From: Macrostomum lignano
Lineage: Eukaryota
Direction of reading: 5' to 3'
NCBI GenBank assembly: GCA_002269645.1
Contig: NIVC01001111.1
Coordinates: 1-64,000, forward strand
DNA length: 64,000 bases
The notes under the pieces are model-generated. The model had not been told where the DNA came from. It saw only the letters and a list, made by a program, of their open reading frames with translations, and searched no databases. Below, piece after piece: positions 36,123 through 48,900 of this stretch (within the stretch, counting starts at the first letter, position 1; each line of letters starts with the position of its first letter). The translations under genes were made by a program, and so were the position numbers.

Positions 36123-36984
36123 ATCTGTAATATTGACAACAGAAATTTACTATTTATTAACGTATAAATAATTAGGCTTTTAGAAATAGTTTTTTTATTT
36201 TCAATATTATGTTAAAACAATACATAAAATAAATGCAGTGTTTACATTTTTAGCTTAATTTTCACACGACTGACTTTTAGTAGGGTGTATCGCGCATTCG
36301 TGTAGATTGAATTTATTTTAATTTTTGCTGCTAAATAAAATGTAGGATAGAAGGCACGCTTCCGGTCGTATTTTTTAGTGCGTGATTAAATAAATTTTCT
36401 ACATTTTTAACTCTGAAAGTTTGTTTTGCCAAGGCCAAGTTACAAAATGCGCCACTCTTTGTTTGCGTCCGTTAGAAATATTTTTAATTTATCAGCGTGG
36501 CGTTTCTGTCAGCGTCTTGCCTTTCTTTAAGTTAAATTAGTTGATTCCGCTTTCATTCTTATCCCTGTATTATTATGATTTGGATAGCTTTATTATTTGT
36601 TCAAGTTGTTATTGTATTTATAGTCTTTGTTTTAAATAGCTTGATGTCAACTTTTCTTTATCTCATGACAGCTTAATAAACTTTGCAGGCGAATTTATTA
36701 GGATAAATGTTTATATAGTTAGCTTATTTATTATAACAAAGTATTGTTTGCTATTTCAACTCCTCCGGTCCATAAATGGTCGATTGAAAGTGTGCTAGTG
36801 TTAATTTATCTGCACTCCTTTTACCCCTGTGTGCTTGGCAAATAGCTCGTACAAATGCGATTATCTCGCTGCGCCGTGGATGCGCCAGTCAATAAAACTT
36901 TTTACTATTTGTGTGGTTACTTGCCGATTGGCTTTGAATTTCTGTTGTTAATTGATGTTGATTATTTTATTGGAGGAAAGGATA

Positions 36985-37315
36985 TATGAGGAGAGATAGG
37001 GGGTGAGAAAGTCAGGCCATAGACATTTCACCGGAGGGAAGGATAGATGAGGAGAGATAGAGGGTGAGACAGTCCGGCCATAGACATTTCACCGGAGGGA
37101 AGGATAGATGAGGAGAGATAGAGGGTGAGACAGTCCGGCCATAGACATTTCACCGGAGGGAAGGATAGATGAGGAGAGATAGAGGGTGAGACAGTCCGGC
37201 CATAGACATTTCACCGGAGGGAAGGATAGATGAGGAGAGATAGGGGGTGAGACAGTCCGGCCATAGACATTTCACCGGAGGGAAGGATAAATGAAGAAGA
37301 TAAATTAAGACAGTC
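36985..37315. repeat. Minisatellite, 61-bp unit, about 5.5 copies, just upstream of ELP4
   Basis: Unit GAGGAGAGATAGAGGGTGAGACAGTCCGGCCATAGACATTTCACCGGAGGGAAGGATAGAT. Confidence 0.93.
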
Positions 37316-37358
37316 CAATTGCCTAGCTATAGTCTTGTGTTTCTTGCCATTTCTTCAG

Positions 37359-37922
37359 TCTGGCTTTCGTCGCGTTGCTCCAGGCGGCCCCGGCGTCGGC
37401 ATCTCGCGGCCTCGGCCTCGCGTGCCCGGCGGCCGGCCCGTCTGTGGACAGCAGCAACAGCAGCAGAAGCAACAGCAGTTGGTGGCGCAGAATCAGCAGG
37501 CGACGGTCACCAGCTGCGGAGTGGCCGCTCTCGACGTATTGATTGGCGGCGGGCTGGCTGTCGGCGGGTTGTGCGTTGTCGGTGAGGATGGAAACACTGG
37601 CATCCCTTTTTAATTAGCTGGCAGCGACTATGAAATCCCTATTGTAACATCACTCTGATAATATCATATGCCAATTGTTTCTACGACACCCATAAAAAAC
37701 CCAACAACAGACGAAGACGCAACAGGCGCCTATGCAGGCGTGTTGACTCGCTATTTCCTGGCCCAGAGCCTGCTGGATGGGCATCACGTGATGCTAGTGG
37801 CCGCCAACCAAGCGCACTCGGAGTACCTGCTAGCGGTGGGTGGCAGGGTTGTGAGATGTCCTATGGGAGTAATTGCGGGGTTCTCTTTGATACTACTACT
37901 ACGACGACTACTACTACTACCG

Positions 37923-38014
<92 letters not shown>

Positions 38015-38024
38015 CTACTACTAT

Positions 38025-38116
<92 letters not shown>

Positions 38117-40692
38117 TTACTACCTCTACTAAACAACGCACTTAATTCCAGAATCTGCCAGATCTTGAGGAGGGTACAAAATCACAACAACAACAGCAAC
38201 AGCAACCAGCAGGTGGCATTGGAGACAGCGGCGCTGGCAACGACGACGGCCTGGCCATCGCCTGGCGTTACATGAACGCGCCGCAGTTCGAGGCGAGTGA
38301 CTATAAATAATAATATTTTTTACTACTTTATACTGATTAATCGTATCATTTTCGCCTCAATGATTTTCTCGTAGTAAATTGACTCAGTGCAACGGGCATG
38401 TCTGCTGCTTTTTGCGAACAAACTGACTCACCCCTCTCCATTATAGGAGCGGCACAGCCTTGACAAATCCACAACCGGAGCTAAAAGTTTCGATCTGTCA
38501 AAGAAGTTAGACTTGACAAAGCTCGAAGAGGCTGGCTCGCTTCGATTGAACGTTCTTCATCTTGACGAATTCGGGTGCGTTCCAATTGACAGATCCTGGC
38601 GTTCGTTGAAAAATGCTAAACTAAATAGGTTTTTCTGTAGGAAATTGCCTAGCCCTTAGTGAGTGATGTAGTGAGTCCCTGGATCCGCGATTACCCAATA
38701 TGGCCTTTCGCAGCAGTATCACGCAATTCAAAAATACCCGTTCCATACCGCTTAATGATAAGAGCATCGTAAGTAGTATAATGAGTTTAAACTGAAATTA
38801 GATAGATAGATAGATAGATAGATAAGTAGGTAGTTAGGTAGGTAGGTAGGTGGGTAGGTAATCTTACTCTTGGCCTTGAATTTCTGGTCATACACACCGA
38901 GATAATACTTCTATACTGATGCTCCAACCCGCAGCTCATTCCCTGCCAATGCCAGCCTGGCTTTGGATCAAATTCGGCAGCGCCTTGTCGATGGCGGGCC
39001 GGAATTCCGGTATCCCGACCGGCCCACTGAGGATACGCAGAGTCTGCTCAAAGTTGGTAAGACTTGCTGGCTAGTTTAATTCCTTCATATTTGTTATCTT
39101 TTTCTTGGTACTGACTTCTTTTTTTGACACTTGCCATGGACCGAGATTTCGAATCCTGCTCTACTGGGTGAGATGAGTGAGATTTCCGGTTTATCTGCTC
39201 TACTGGGTGAGATGAGTGAGATTTCCGGTTTATCTGCTCTACTGGGTGAGATGAGTGAGATTTCCGGTTTATCTGCTCTACTGGGTGAGATGAGTGAGAT
39301 TTCCGGTTTATCTGCTCTACTGGGTGAGATGAGTGAGATTTCCGGTTTATCTGCTCTACTGGGTGAGATGAGTGAGATTTCCGGTTTATCTGCTCTACTG
39401 GGTGCGATGGATGAGATTTCCAGTCTATCTGATCTACTGGGTGAGATTTCCGGTTTATCTGCTCTAATGGGTGAGATTTCCGGTCCATCTGATCTACTGG
39501 GTGAGATTTCCCGTCTATCTGATCTAATGGGTGAGATTTCCGGTCCATCTGATCTACTGGGTGAGATTTCCCGTCTATCTGATCTACTGGGTGAGATTTC
39601 TGGTCTATCTGATCTACTGGGTGAGATTTCCGGTTTATCTGCTCTAATGGGTGAGATTTCCGGTCCATCTGATCTACTGGGTGAGATTTCCCGTCTATCT
39701 GATCTACTGGGTGAGATTTCTGGTCTATCTGATCTACTGGGTGAGATTTCCAGTCTATCTGATCTACTGGGTGAGATTTCCAGTCTATCTGATCTACTGG
39801 GTGAGATTTCCAGTCTATCTGATCTACTGGGTGAGATTTCCAGTCTATCTGATCTACTGGGTGAGATTTCCGGTCTATCTAATCTACTGGGTTAGATTTC
39901 CTGTAACTATAAAAACCTCTTCGCTCCCCGCCTCGCCTGCAGTTATCCCAGGTTTCGCATCCCCACTCTGGGGCCGCTTAGACAACGAGAGCGACGCCCT
40001 GCGCTGTTTGTACAGCCTGCGGGATCTCTGCGCCAAGCACCTGTGCACCGTCTGGCTCACCGTGCCTGACTGTCTGCGACTGCAGGTGAGTTCATGTGGA
40101 ATTGGCTGAGAAGTGAGAACTGGTGGATAGGCCCTGCGCTTACGCATTCGTACTACTGAACTGCAAGTAGAGAACTGTTTAAGCGAGCCAATGAGTGGCC
40201 TATCTACTTATAGTAGTATCTGTGGTGGTGGACTTGGAACAATTGCCAACGATTTTCAGCGGCCGATCCTGTCCGATCGAATGCGGCACCTGGTCGACTA
40301 CTGTCTGCGGCTGGACTCTCTGCAGGTGGCCGGCGGTCGACGCCGTGCCGCCAATCCTTTGTACCGCGACCTGCACGGCCTGCTGAGCCTGGCCAAGCTG
40401 CCCTGCCTGCCCGGCTCCGCGGCCCCGGTGGCCCGGCCGGACACGCTCGAGTTTGGCTTCAGAGTGCGCCGGAAGAATTTCCTTATTCAGGTTGGCGTGT
40501 TTTGCGTTTTGTGGTGACTGATGGCCGCTATATGTGCCCTGTAGGCTTAGGTGCAGGTAGTTGGGCTCAGACAGACAGACAGACAGACAGGCAGGCACAC
40601 AGACAGACAGACAGACGGAGACAGACAGACGGACAGACAGACAGACAGACAGAGACAGACAGACGGACAGAGAGACAGACACACAGAGACAG

Positions 40693-40723
<31 letters not shown>

Positions 40724-40834
40724 AACACACAGAGACAGACAGACGGACAGACAGACAGACAGACAGACGGACAGACAGACAAACACACAGAGACAGACAG
40801 ACAGACAGACAGACGGACAGACAGACAAACACAC

Positions 40835-40893
<59 letters not shown>

Positions 40894-40898
40894 GGCAC

Positions 40899-40988
<90 letters not shown>

Positions 40989-41046
40989 GGAGACAGACAG
41001 ACGGACAGAGAGACAGACGGACAGAGAGACAGACACACAGAGACAG

Positions 41047-41085
<39 letters not shown>

Positions 41086-41192
41086 CACAGAGACAGACAG
41101 ACGGACAGACAGACGGACAGACAGACAGACAGACAGACGGACAGACAGACAGACAAACACACAGAGACAGACGGACAGACAGACAAACACAC

Positions 41193-41237
<45 letters not shown>

Positions 41238-41410
41238 GACAGACAGACGGACAGACAGACAGACAGACAGCTGTATTTCCGCTCTCCTACAACCAATTGC
41301 AGCGGCTGCACCTGCCACCCGACATCTCGGAGACGGCCAGTCGAGTGAGCAAATCAGTGCCGCAGCCAACCTGCGGCACCTCTGCGCAGGGTACTCCATT
41401 GGACTTTTGA
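37359..41410 (+). CDS. ELP4: Elongator complex protein 4. Exons 37359-37581, 37711-37835, 38152-38292, 38447-38574, 38935-39056, 39943-40085, 40260-40490, 41303-41410 (406 codons; start Met not genomic-contiguous)
   Basis: Motifs TSCGVAALDVLIGGGLAVGG, YFLAQSL, LAIAWRY, SFDLSK, GFASPLWG, NPLYRDLHGLL, RLHLPPD and C-terminal LDF*. All junctions are phase-compatible, including one GC-AG intron (38293-38446). Confidence 0.92.
37891..38125. repeat. (TAC)n microsatellite in ELP4 intron 2
   Basis: Direct read. Confidence 0.97.
38797..38858. repeat. (GATA)n/(GGTA)n compound microsatellite
   Basis: Direct read. Confidence 0.85.
39162..39900. repeat. Two-tier minisatellite in ELP4 intron 5: 39-bp units (about 6) followed by derived 30-bp units (about 16)
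   Basis: CTACTGGGTGAGAT[GAGTGAGAT]TTCCRGTYTATCTGMT. Confidence 0.95.
40567..41270. repeat. (GACA)n microsatellite with higher-order variants in ELP4 intron 7
   Basis: Direct read. Confidence 0.97.
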
Positions 41411-41894
41411 TTACTCTTACCGTATCTGTCGTACTAATCAAACTGTGGTTCTGGTATTTGATGCAAATTCTACTGGCATTTTATTTTGGCTAAATAAACT
41501 CACTTTGGTTGGTGCATGTGCGATTACACTAATTGTGCCTGAAATGTCTCAGTTGTCTCAGACTGGCATTATTTTTAAGCAAATGCAGTGCGCACTGGGT
41601 TCTGGTCTGTCGGTTTTCAATGTTGCTGGGGATATGTATTCCTTAATGTGAGAAACAGGACGTCAGTTTTTCTACAAAAAATCACGACGAAGTTCTCTGG
41701 ATCGGTGCAGCAGCCAATGAGTTCAAAGAATTCCAAATGTTAAAACCGTTCAATTCTTCTGAGAATCGAAAAACTGACTTTGCTACCTCGGCTAGCCATT
41801 TGAAAGCGTCAATTCTCAAAGTGCAATCGGTTTTCATTGCTAATATTTATACTAGCTAAGCTGCTCAACCAGCGCCTGCTCTGCACAAAGTAGC

Positions 41895-42110
41895 TATGAA
41901 AATAAATCTGCGAAACCGGCTAAGCCTTCATCACGCAATCCGCGCTCCAAGACACCTCCCCCAAAGACACCGCCTCCTACGAGTAAGACACCTCCAACCC
42001 CCGCGACACCGCCATTTAAGGACTTCGCCCCCCAAGACACCTCTCCCCCCAAGATATTATTCCCCTGTTTGAATAGGAAGTCTTTTTTTATGGACAGCTG
42101 AAGCCCCAGA
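41895..42110 (+). pseudogene. Frameshifted paralogous fragment of the Pro-rich N-terminus of the 45903 gene
   Basis: Frame ENKSAKPAKPSSRNPRSKTPPPKTPPPTSKTPP resembles MENTSAKKSKSRKKPRRAKTQSPPGSKTPP. The ATG is one base out of frame (ATGAAAATAAATCT). Confidence 0.5.
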
Positions 42111-42236
42111 ACGCTGTACTCCTTCAATTTCGCTGCGAGATGGGAAGTTTTCAGTTTTTCAGCACTGAATCCCCAATGCCTCACCTGCTGGACTTCCGAA
42201 TTGCAGATGCAGCCAGCAGGTGTTTTGTCCGAGCTG

Positions 42237-45200
42237 CCCTATGAAAAATTGGCCCGAATTTTCGCCCGAAAACATATGAAATTGGGCCCGGAACTTTAAA
42301 TTTGCGGGTGAAAACTAAAAAGCGGTCGATTCACCCGGAAAGCACGCCGACAAAACGGTTGAAACTAAATCGGGCGAAAAAGCGGGACTCTCGCCCGGAA
42401 AGCGGGGAAAGCAGAAACCCAGACGTGCGGGTCTCTAGCCCGTTTTTTTCTAAAAGCGTGTCCTGAGGGACTTTGACGTGACGATGCAGATTAAAAATGG
42501 GTTTAAATCAATATAGCTAAACGAGTAGGAAGCTAGGTGCCCAGGTTCCAAGATTCAACCGTACATGTATGTTTATTATTTTAAAAAGTACTATTATAGG
42601 AGTTTATATATCGATCACAAATGGTGGGAAATAATGTGTCGAAATCATTACTTCCATGTCCATGCCCTTCCATGCCCTTTTGGGGAATCTTTTTGCATGC
42701 TAATCTTTAATTTTTTACACGAGCCGCGTCTGGGGACTGCGTTTAAAATTTTGACGCGGCTGAGATGCGGCTGGCGACATGGAAGTGAAATCATTTACAA
42801 TCGCTTACTATAAATACCTGTTTCTGAATAAGCTATTCACAGGCTAAAATCTATTTTTATTAAGTATTTGCTGTGCTTTTCACTCTTTCATTGCGCTGAC
42901 CAATGTGAAAAAAAGCTAGGAAACTATTTTGTTTGTTTTTGTTACTCGAAAAATATTTAAATTTCAGACGCCACGTTTTCAGAACTTCGATATTTTATGT
43001 GCTAGCTAGTGAAGCGTGTTTTGTTACTTTTGTATTAATTTATCATAATCTAACAGACAAAGTTTATTTAACTTCAAAAATAGTCAATGTGAATTATTTC
43101 ACTAAATGAGTCAATAGCAAGGACTGACCCCCTGCCCCTGCCCTGGTTCAGGAATTGGCAGTCACATAGTTAATTATAATTTAATTAAGTCCAGTAATTA
43201 GCCTATTTATTTATTTCTTAAAGTTAGTAAAAATAGAAAATAATTTAGAAAACTTATCCTGATTAATATTTCACCTATAATGAAGATAGTATTGTATATG
43301 AGCACAGAGAGCTTGCTGAATGGTAAAAAGTTTTAGAACATAAGTAACAAATCAATTTAAAAAACCATTTATAAAGTCCAAATATAGCTCGTAAAACTCT
43401 GAGTAGCATTAATATAATTTTTGCTTTTTCAAGTTTGTATAGTCTATATAGTACTTTTTAGAAAGCTATGTATTCACATTATTTTTTAATCTGTATGCTT
43501 TTTGTATTTTATTTAATATAATTTTGATAACTTATTATATTCTAAGGGAACCTAAAGCCTAGAACTGAGCATTTTTCAAGGAAGCTAATAACTTGAAAAA
43601 GTTTTGCAATTTAACATATTCCCAGAGATAAAGGCCCTTATATCTTATAAATAAGCCTTCTTTTTGCTCTTATATGAATGTTTTAGATCTAATAATCTGA
43701 ATATGTTTTGTAGAATAAACATTTACCATCAGATTTAACATTCCAAGCACTGTACTTATACCATTATAATTAAAGAAAAATTATTAATAATCAATTTTGT
43801 TGCCTTTTAATTTAGGTTTAGATTTTATTGCTCAATAAACAGAATTTTAGCATCATCATACCATGCTCCTAAGTCATTTATGCTATGTATACATGCCCCT
43901 CAGCCAAGTTTTCCTCTGGCCATTAATGTCTGATGACATTGGACTGCTAAGCGTCGTCGCCGGGATTATGCCGTGCACTACAGGACTGGTGTTAGGCGAC
44001 ATACTCCAGCCCAAACAGTCTATTTTAAAGTCATGTAAAATCACAAAATCCGAGCTGCAGTGTGCCTACTCCGATGCCGAGAGGGCCAACTACTGAGAAA
44101 GACCAGCATCGCTAGAAAGGCGACGAAGACCAAACCAGGTGATGTTTTCATTTTTTTGTATTGTAGTGTTGTTTAAAACGTTATTGACGCTTTTCTGCAA
44201 CTGCGCCCCCTTCTACTCCAGGTGCGCTGCTTCGATTAGCTGGTGCTGCAGCATCTCAGCTGCCAGAATCTGCTGTTACGCCACCCAGCACCAGGCTCAC
44301 AACCAGTGACACTGCTAACATGTTCAATCAAGCGCAGTATCGCATCCTGTCGCTCGCTGAGTTATAAATCTATACCTAAACTTTGAACTTATGAATTTCT
44401 ATCGCATTTGCTTTTGTTCTACACTGATTTGTTTTTTTCATTGCTTCGTAATGTGGCTGCGACTGGGAGGGAGGGATCTCGAAGTCACCTTAATTTGCAC
44501 CAGACCCCATTACTGATCTCGGTTCTTCCTATCCTTCCGAATGTTGCTATTTCCCCCTCACATCGTTTCTCTCCTTTCTCCATGGTCGCGCTAATACTTT
44601 CCCTATCTTAGCTATTTCACATGTGCATTCTGTGTGCACCCCTCTCCTTGCACTCTGTGCCTTAGATCTACCTCTTTTCAGTTGCAAACGTACTAGTATA
44701 TTTGGTTATTTCTTAGCTGCAAATGCCCTATAAATACAGTTAGTTATTTCTCCTTTTTATGGTTTTCTTCAGAATTTCTCTACGTCAAGCCCCTTCATGT
44801 TATCTTCTTTACAACTTTGTTTGTTTCTGTTTCGATTCTTTTCTTAACCCTCCTTTGCTTTTATTACTTTAATGCTTTAATGCTTTTGCTTACTGAACGT
44901 ATTGAATGCATACATTAAATATTTAAATAAACTATCGCGCACACTTTTTCTTATTATGTGGCCAAGCTTAAACATTTCTATCTAGATCTAGATTTCTTAT
45001 TGAATCCCTCCAGAATTGCCTTATTTTTCTTCTCGATACATGTAGCTCTCTTGGAGGGGGTCATTTAGCTCGTACATGCAAAATCTTCCTATTCAACTAG
45101 ATACAAGTTTTATTACAGTATGAAAAGTGGCAGTCACCGTAATTAAGTTTATGCCCTCTAAAAACTTACTATAATATCGTGCACTATCACTAAGACCAAA

Positions 45201-45465
45201 AGCAGGAAATATGACCAGCTCTTCGGGCCGGATTTGCAAGCAAAATATCGGTTAACTGGCCCGGATTTTTCGGCGCAAAATAATTCTGGGTGAATCGCCC
45301 GTAAATATTCGGGTATAAATGCGGGTGCATGCACGGGTGCATCGCCCGAAAAACGAACTTTTCGTAACGATTCCGGGCCAGTAGCCCGGCAATTTTTACA
45401 CCCGCAAAGTGCTGACGATTTCGGGTGAAGAGTAGGGTGAAAATTCGGGCCAATTTTTCATAGGG
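42237..45465. mobile_element. Non-autonomous CMC/EnSpm(CACTA)-like element, 3229 bp
   Basis: 31-bp TIR CCCTATGAAAAATTGGCCCGAATTTTCRCCC (fits the CMCWR terminus), 2-bp TSD TG, and dense subterminal CCCG/CGGG motifs. Confidence 0.85.
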
Positions 45466-45902
45466 TGCGCTCACAAGTTTATCAAGCTGTTTTTTCATGA
45501 ACTGCTGCCGGAGACCGGCAAGCAAGCAAAGTTGCGGCGAGTTTCCAGCTTCTCCTGTCTCTGCATTGTTTTGTCTGGACGGATTTGTCTATGGCCAAAC
45601 CCCAGTCAGCGTGACAGGTCGCTTGAACAGAGTAAGGCCGAACTACAGAACCGAAAGTGCTTTACTGCGCGAGCGACTCTGACTTAGATTTAAAAAAAGA
45701 AAATTAACAGTCTATGGCCCCGCTAGAAGGCTTTGAGTTGCGAGTGCAGCATGTCATTTAGGCTAAGAAGCCATCGAATTCTAATGGATCTAATCTTGAT
45801 TCTTAGTTTTCAATTATAGAATCGAAATTTAGCTTTATTATTAATAATATTCGTGAATTCATCAAGCAGTGGTTTATTAGTGCCGCTTCTGCTCAGGAGG
45901 CC

Positions 45903-48900
45903 ATGGAGAATACATCGGCAAAGAAGTCCAAGTCGCGTAAAAAGCCTCGACGTGCTAAGACACAGTCACCTCCCGGCTCGAAGACGCCGCCAGCTCCGCG
46001 CTCGAAGACACCGCCAGCTCCGCGCTCGAAGACACCGTCTCCACCCCAAAAGACACCCCAACCTCCGCCTCCCAAGACACCTACGAAACCTCCACCTGAG
46101 CCTTTGACAACCCCGACTCCTCTTCCTAATGATCTTCCGCTTCGGCCTTCTTCGACACCTCCATTAAATCCAGCTCCACCGAGGCCTTCGACACCACCGC
46201 CTCTGCCTCCCGCGGCACCTCCGACATCTTCGACACCACCGCCTCTGCCTCCCGCGGCACCTCCGACATCTTCGACACCACCGCCTTCACCTCCCACGGC
46301 ACCTCCGACATCTTCGACACCACCGCCTTCACCTCCCACGGCACCTCCGACATCTTCGACACCACCGCCTTCACCTCCCACGGCACCTCCGACATCTTCG
46401 ACACCACCGCCTCCGCCTCCGGCTGAGACACCCACGTCTCCATCATCAGCCGCGGATCAACCGTCCTCGCCGGCACCTTCTCCGTCGGTGCTGACGCGCA
46501 GTCAGAAGATAAAAATCACAACTCTTCAATGGCGGCGCAAGCGCAACGTTCACGACTTCTTTCCCAACAGTCAGGTGCCGAACGCGGACCTGATAACGAA
46601 ATCAGCTCTGATCTACCTGGGCACCGGCAGTAAACTCGACTCGATTACGGGCGCCGCCAGCTACCTCATATCCAACAGCGCCTTCTGCACCTTGCTAGTC
46701 GTCTGTCTGCTGTCCCTGGCTGTGCACCTAGTGTTGGTGCTGATTCGACCGCCTCCGCAGTACCTGGCCGTTGTCAACCAGTTGGAATGCGCCTGGTACC
46801 TTGGCAGCAACATCAGCTCAGCTAATTATCGAGCCGTGCCATTCGCTCTGCAGCCGTGCCCGTTGAAGCCGCAAGAGGAGGTCGGCCCGCTGAAGGAGCT
46901 CGCAGACAAACTGCTGGGTAGAGTCTCGCTTGTCATCTGATGGATCGTTTTTATTTGGATGCACGTTTGGATGCCATTTGATCACGGTAGTTCAACTTAG
47001 GCAATCTCAACAGAGCTGGTAGGACAATCTCAACAGAGCTGGTAGGACAATCTCAACAGAGCTGGTAGGACAATCTCAACAGAGCTGGTAGGACAATCTC
47101 AACAGAGCTGGTAGGACAACCTCAACAGACTTGGTAGGACAATCTCAACAGAGCTGGTAGGACAATCTCAACAGAGCTGGTAGGACAACCTCAACAGACT
47201 TGGTAGGACAATCTCAACAGAGCTGGTAGGACAATCTCAACAGAGCTGGTAGGACAATCTCAACAGAGCTGGTAGAGCAACCTCATTAAAACGGGAAGGC
47301 CGATCAGATAATCTAGCCTAAATATTTGAATTACCGTTTTACATCTCTTCAGGCCGTTGGCGCATGCCAGAGAAAATCCACGGCCTGGAATTGTGCATCC
47401 TGGGGCACCGGACCAGCGACTGCCGATTCATAGACGGCGTGCACAAGTGCAATGTGCACTCCAGTCCGCGGTTCTGCTCTCATTATCACCTGGTCCGGCA
47501 TAGGTAACTTTAGCCTCTTGATTTAGAAAACTGACCAATCTAGAAAACTGACCAATCTAGAAAACTGACCAATCTAAAAAACTGACCAATCTAGAAAACT
47601 GACCAATCTAAAAAACTGACCAATCTAGAAAACTGACCAATCTAAAAAACTGACCAATCTAGAAAACTGACCAATCTAGAAAACTGACCGATATAGAAAA
47701 CTGACCAATCTAGAAAACTGACCAATCTAGAAAACTGACCGATCTAGAAAACTGACCAATCTAGAAAACTGACCAATCTAGAAAACTGACCAATCTAGAA
47801 AACTGACTAATCTAATAAACTGACCAATCTAATAAACTGACCAATCTAGAAAACTGACCGATCTAGAAAACTGACCAATCTAGAAAACTGACCAATCTAG
47901 AAAACTGACCAATCTAGAAAACTGACCAATCTAATAAACTGACCAATCTAGAAAACTGACCGATCTAGAAAACTGACCAATCTAGAAAACTGACCAATCT
48001 AGAAAACTGACCAATCTAGAAAACTGACCAATCTAGAAAACTGACCAATCTAATAAACTGACCAATCTAGAAAACTGACCGATCTAGAAAACTGACCAAT
48101 CTAGAAAACTGACCAATCTAGAAAACTGACCAATCTAGAAAACTGACCGATCTAGAAAACTGACCAATCTAGAAAGCTGACCAATCTAGAAAACTGACCA
48201 ATCTAGAAAACTGACCAATCTAGAAAACTGACCAATCTAGAAAACTGACCGATATAGAAAACTGACCAATCTAATAAACTGACCAATCTAGAAAACTGAC
48301 CAATCTAGAAAACTGACCAATCTAGAAAACTGACCAATCTAAAAAACTGACCAATCTAGAAAACTGACCAATCTAGAAAATTGACCAATCTAGAAAACTG
48401 ACCAATCTAATAAACTGACCAATCTAATAAACTGACCAATCTAGAAAACTGACCGATCTAGAAAACTGACCAATCTAGAAAACTGACCAATCTAGAAAAC
48501 TGACCAATCTAGAAAACTGACCAATCTAATAAACTGACCAATCTAGAAAACTGACCGATCTAGAAAACTGACCAATCTAGAAAACTGACCAATCTAGAAA
48601 ACTGACCAATCTAGAAAACTGACCAATCTAGAAAACTGACCAATCTAGAAAACTGACCAATCTAGAAAACTGACCGATCTAGAAAACTGACCAATCTAGA
48701 AAACTGACCGATCTAATAAACTGACCAATCTAGAAAACTGACCAATCTAGAAAACTGACCGATCTAATAAATTGACCAATCTAGAAAACTGACCAATCTA
48801 GAAAACTGACCAATCTAGAAAACTGACCAATCTAGAAAACTGACTAATCTAGAAAACTGACCGATCTAGAAAACTGACCAATCTAATAAACTGACCAATC

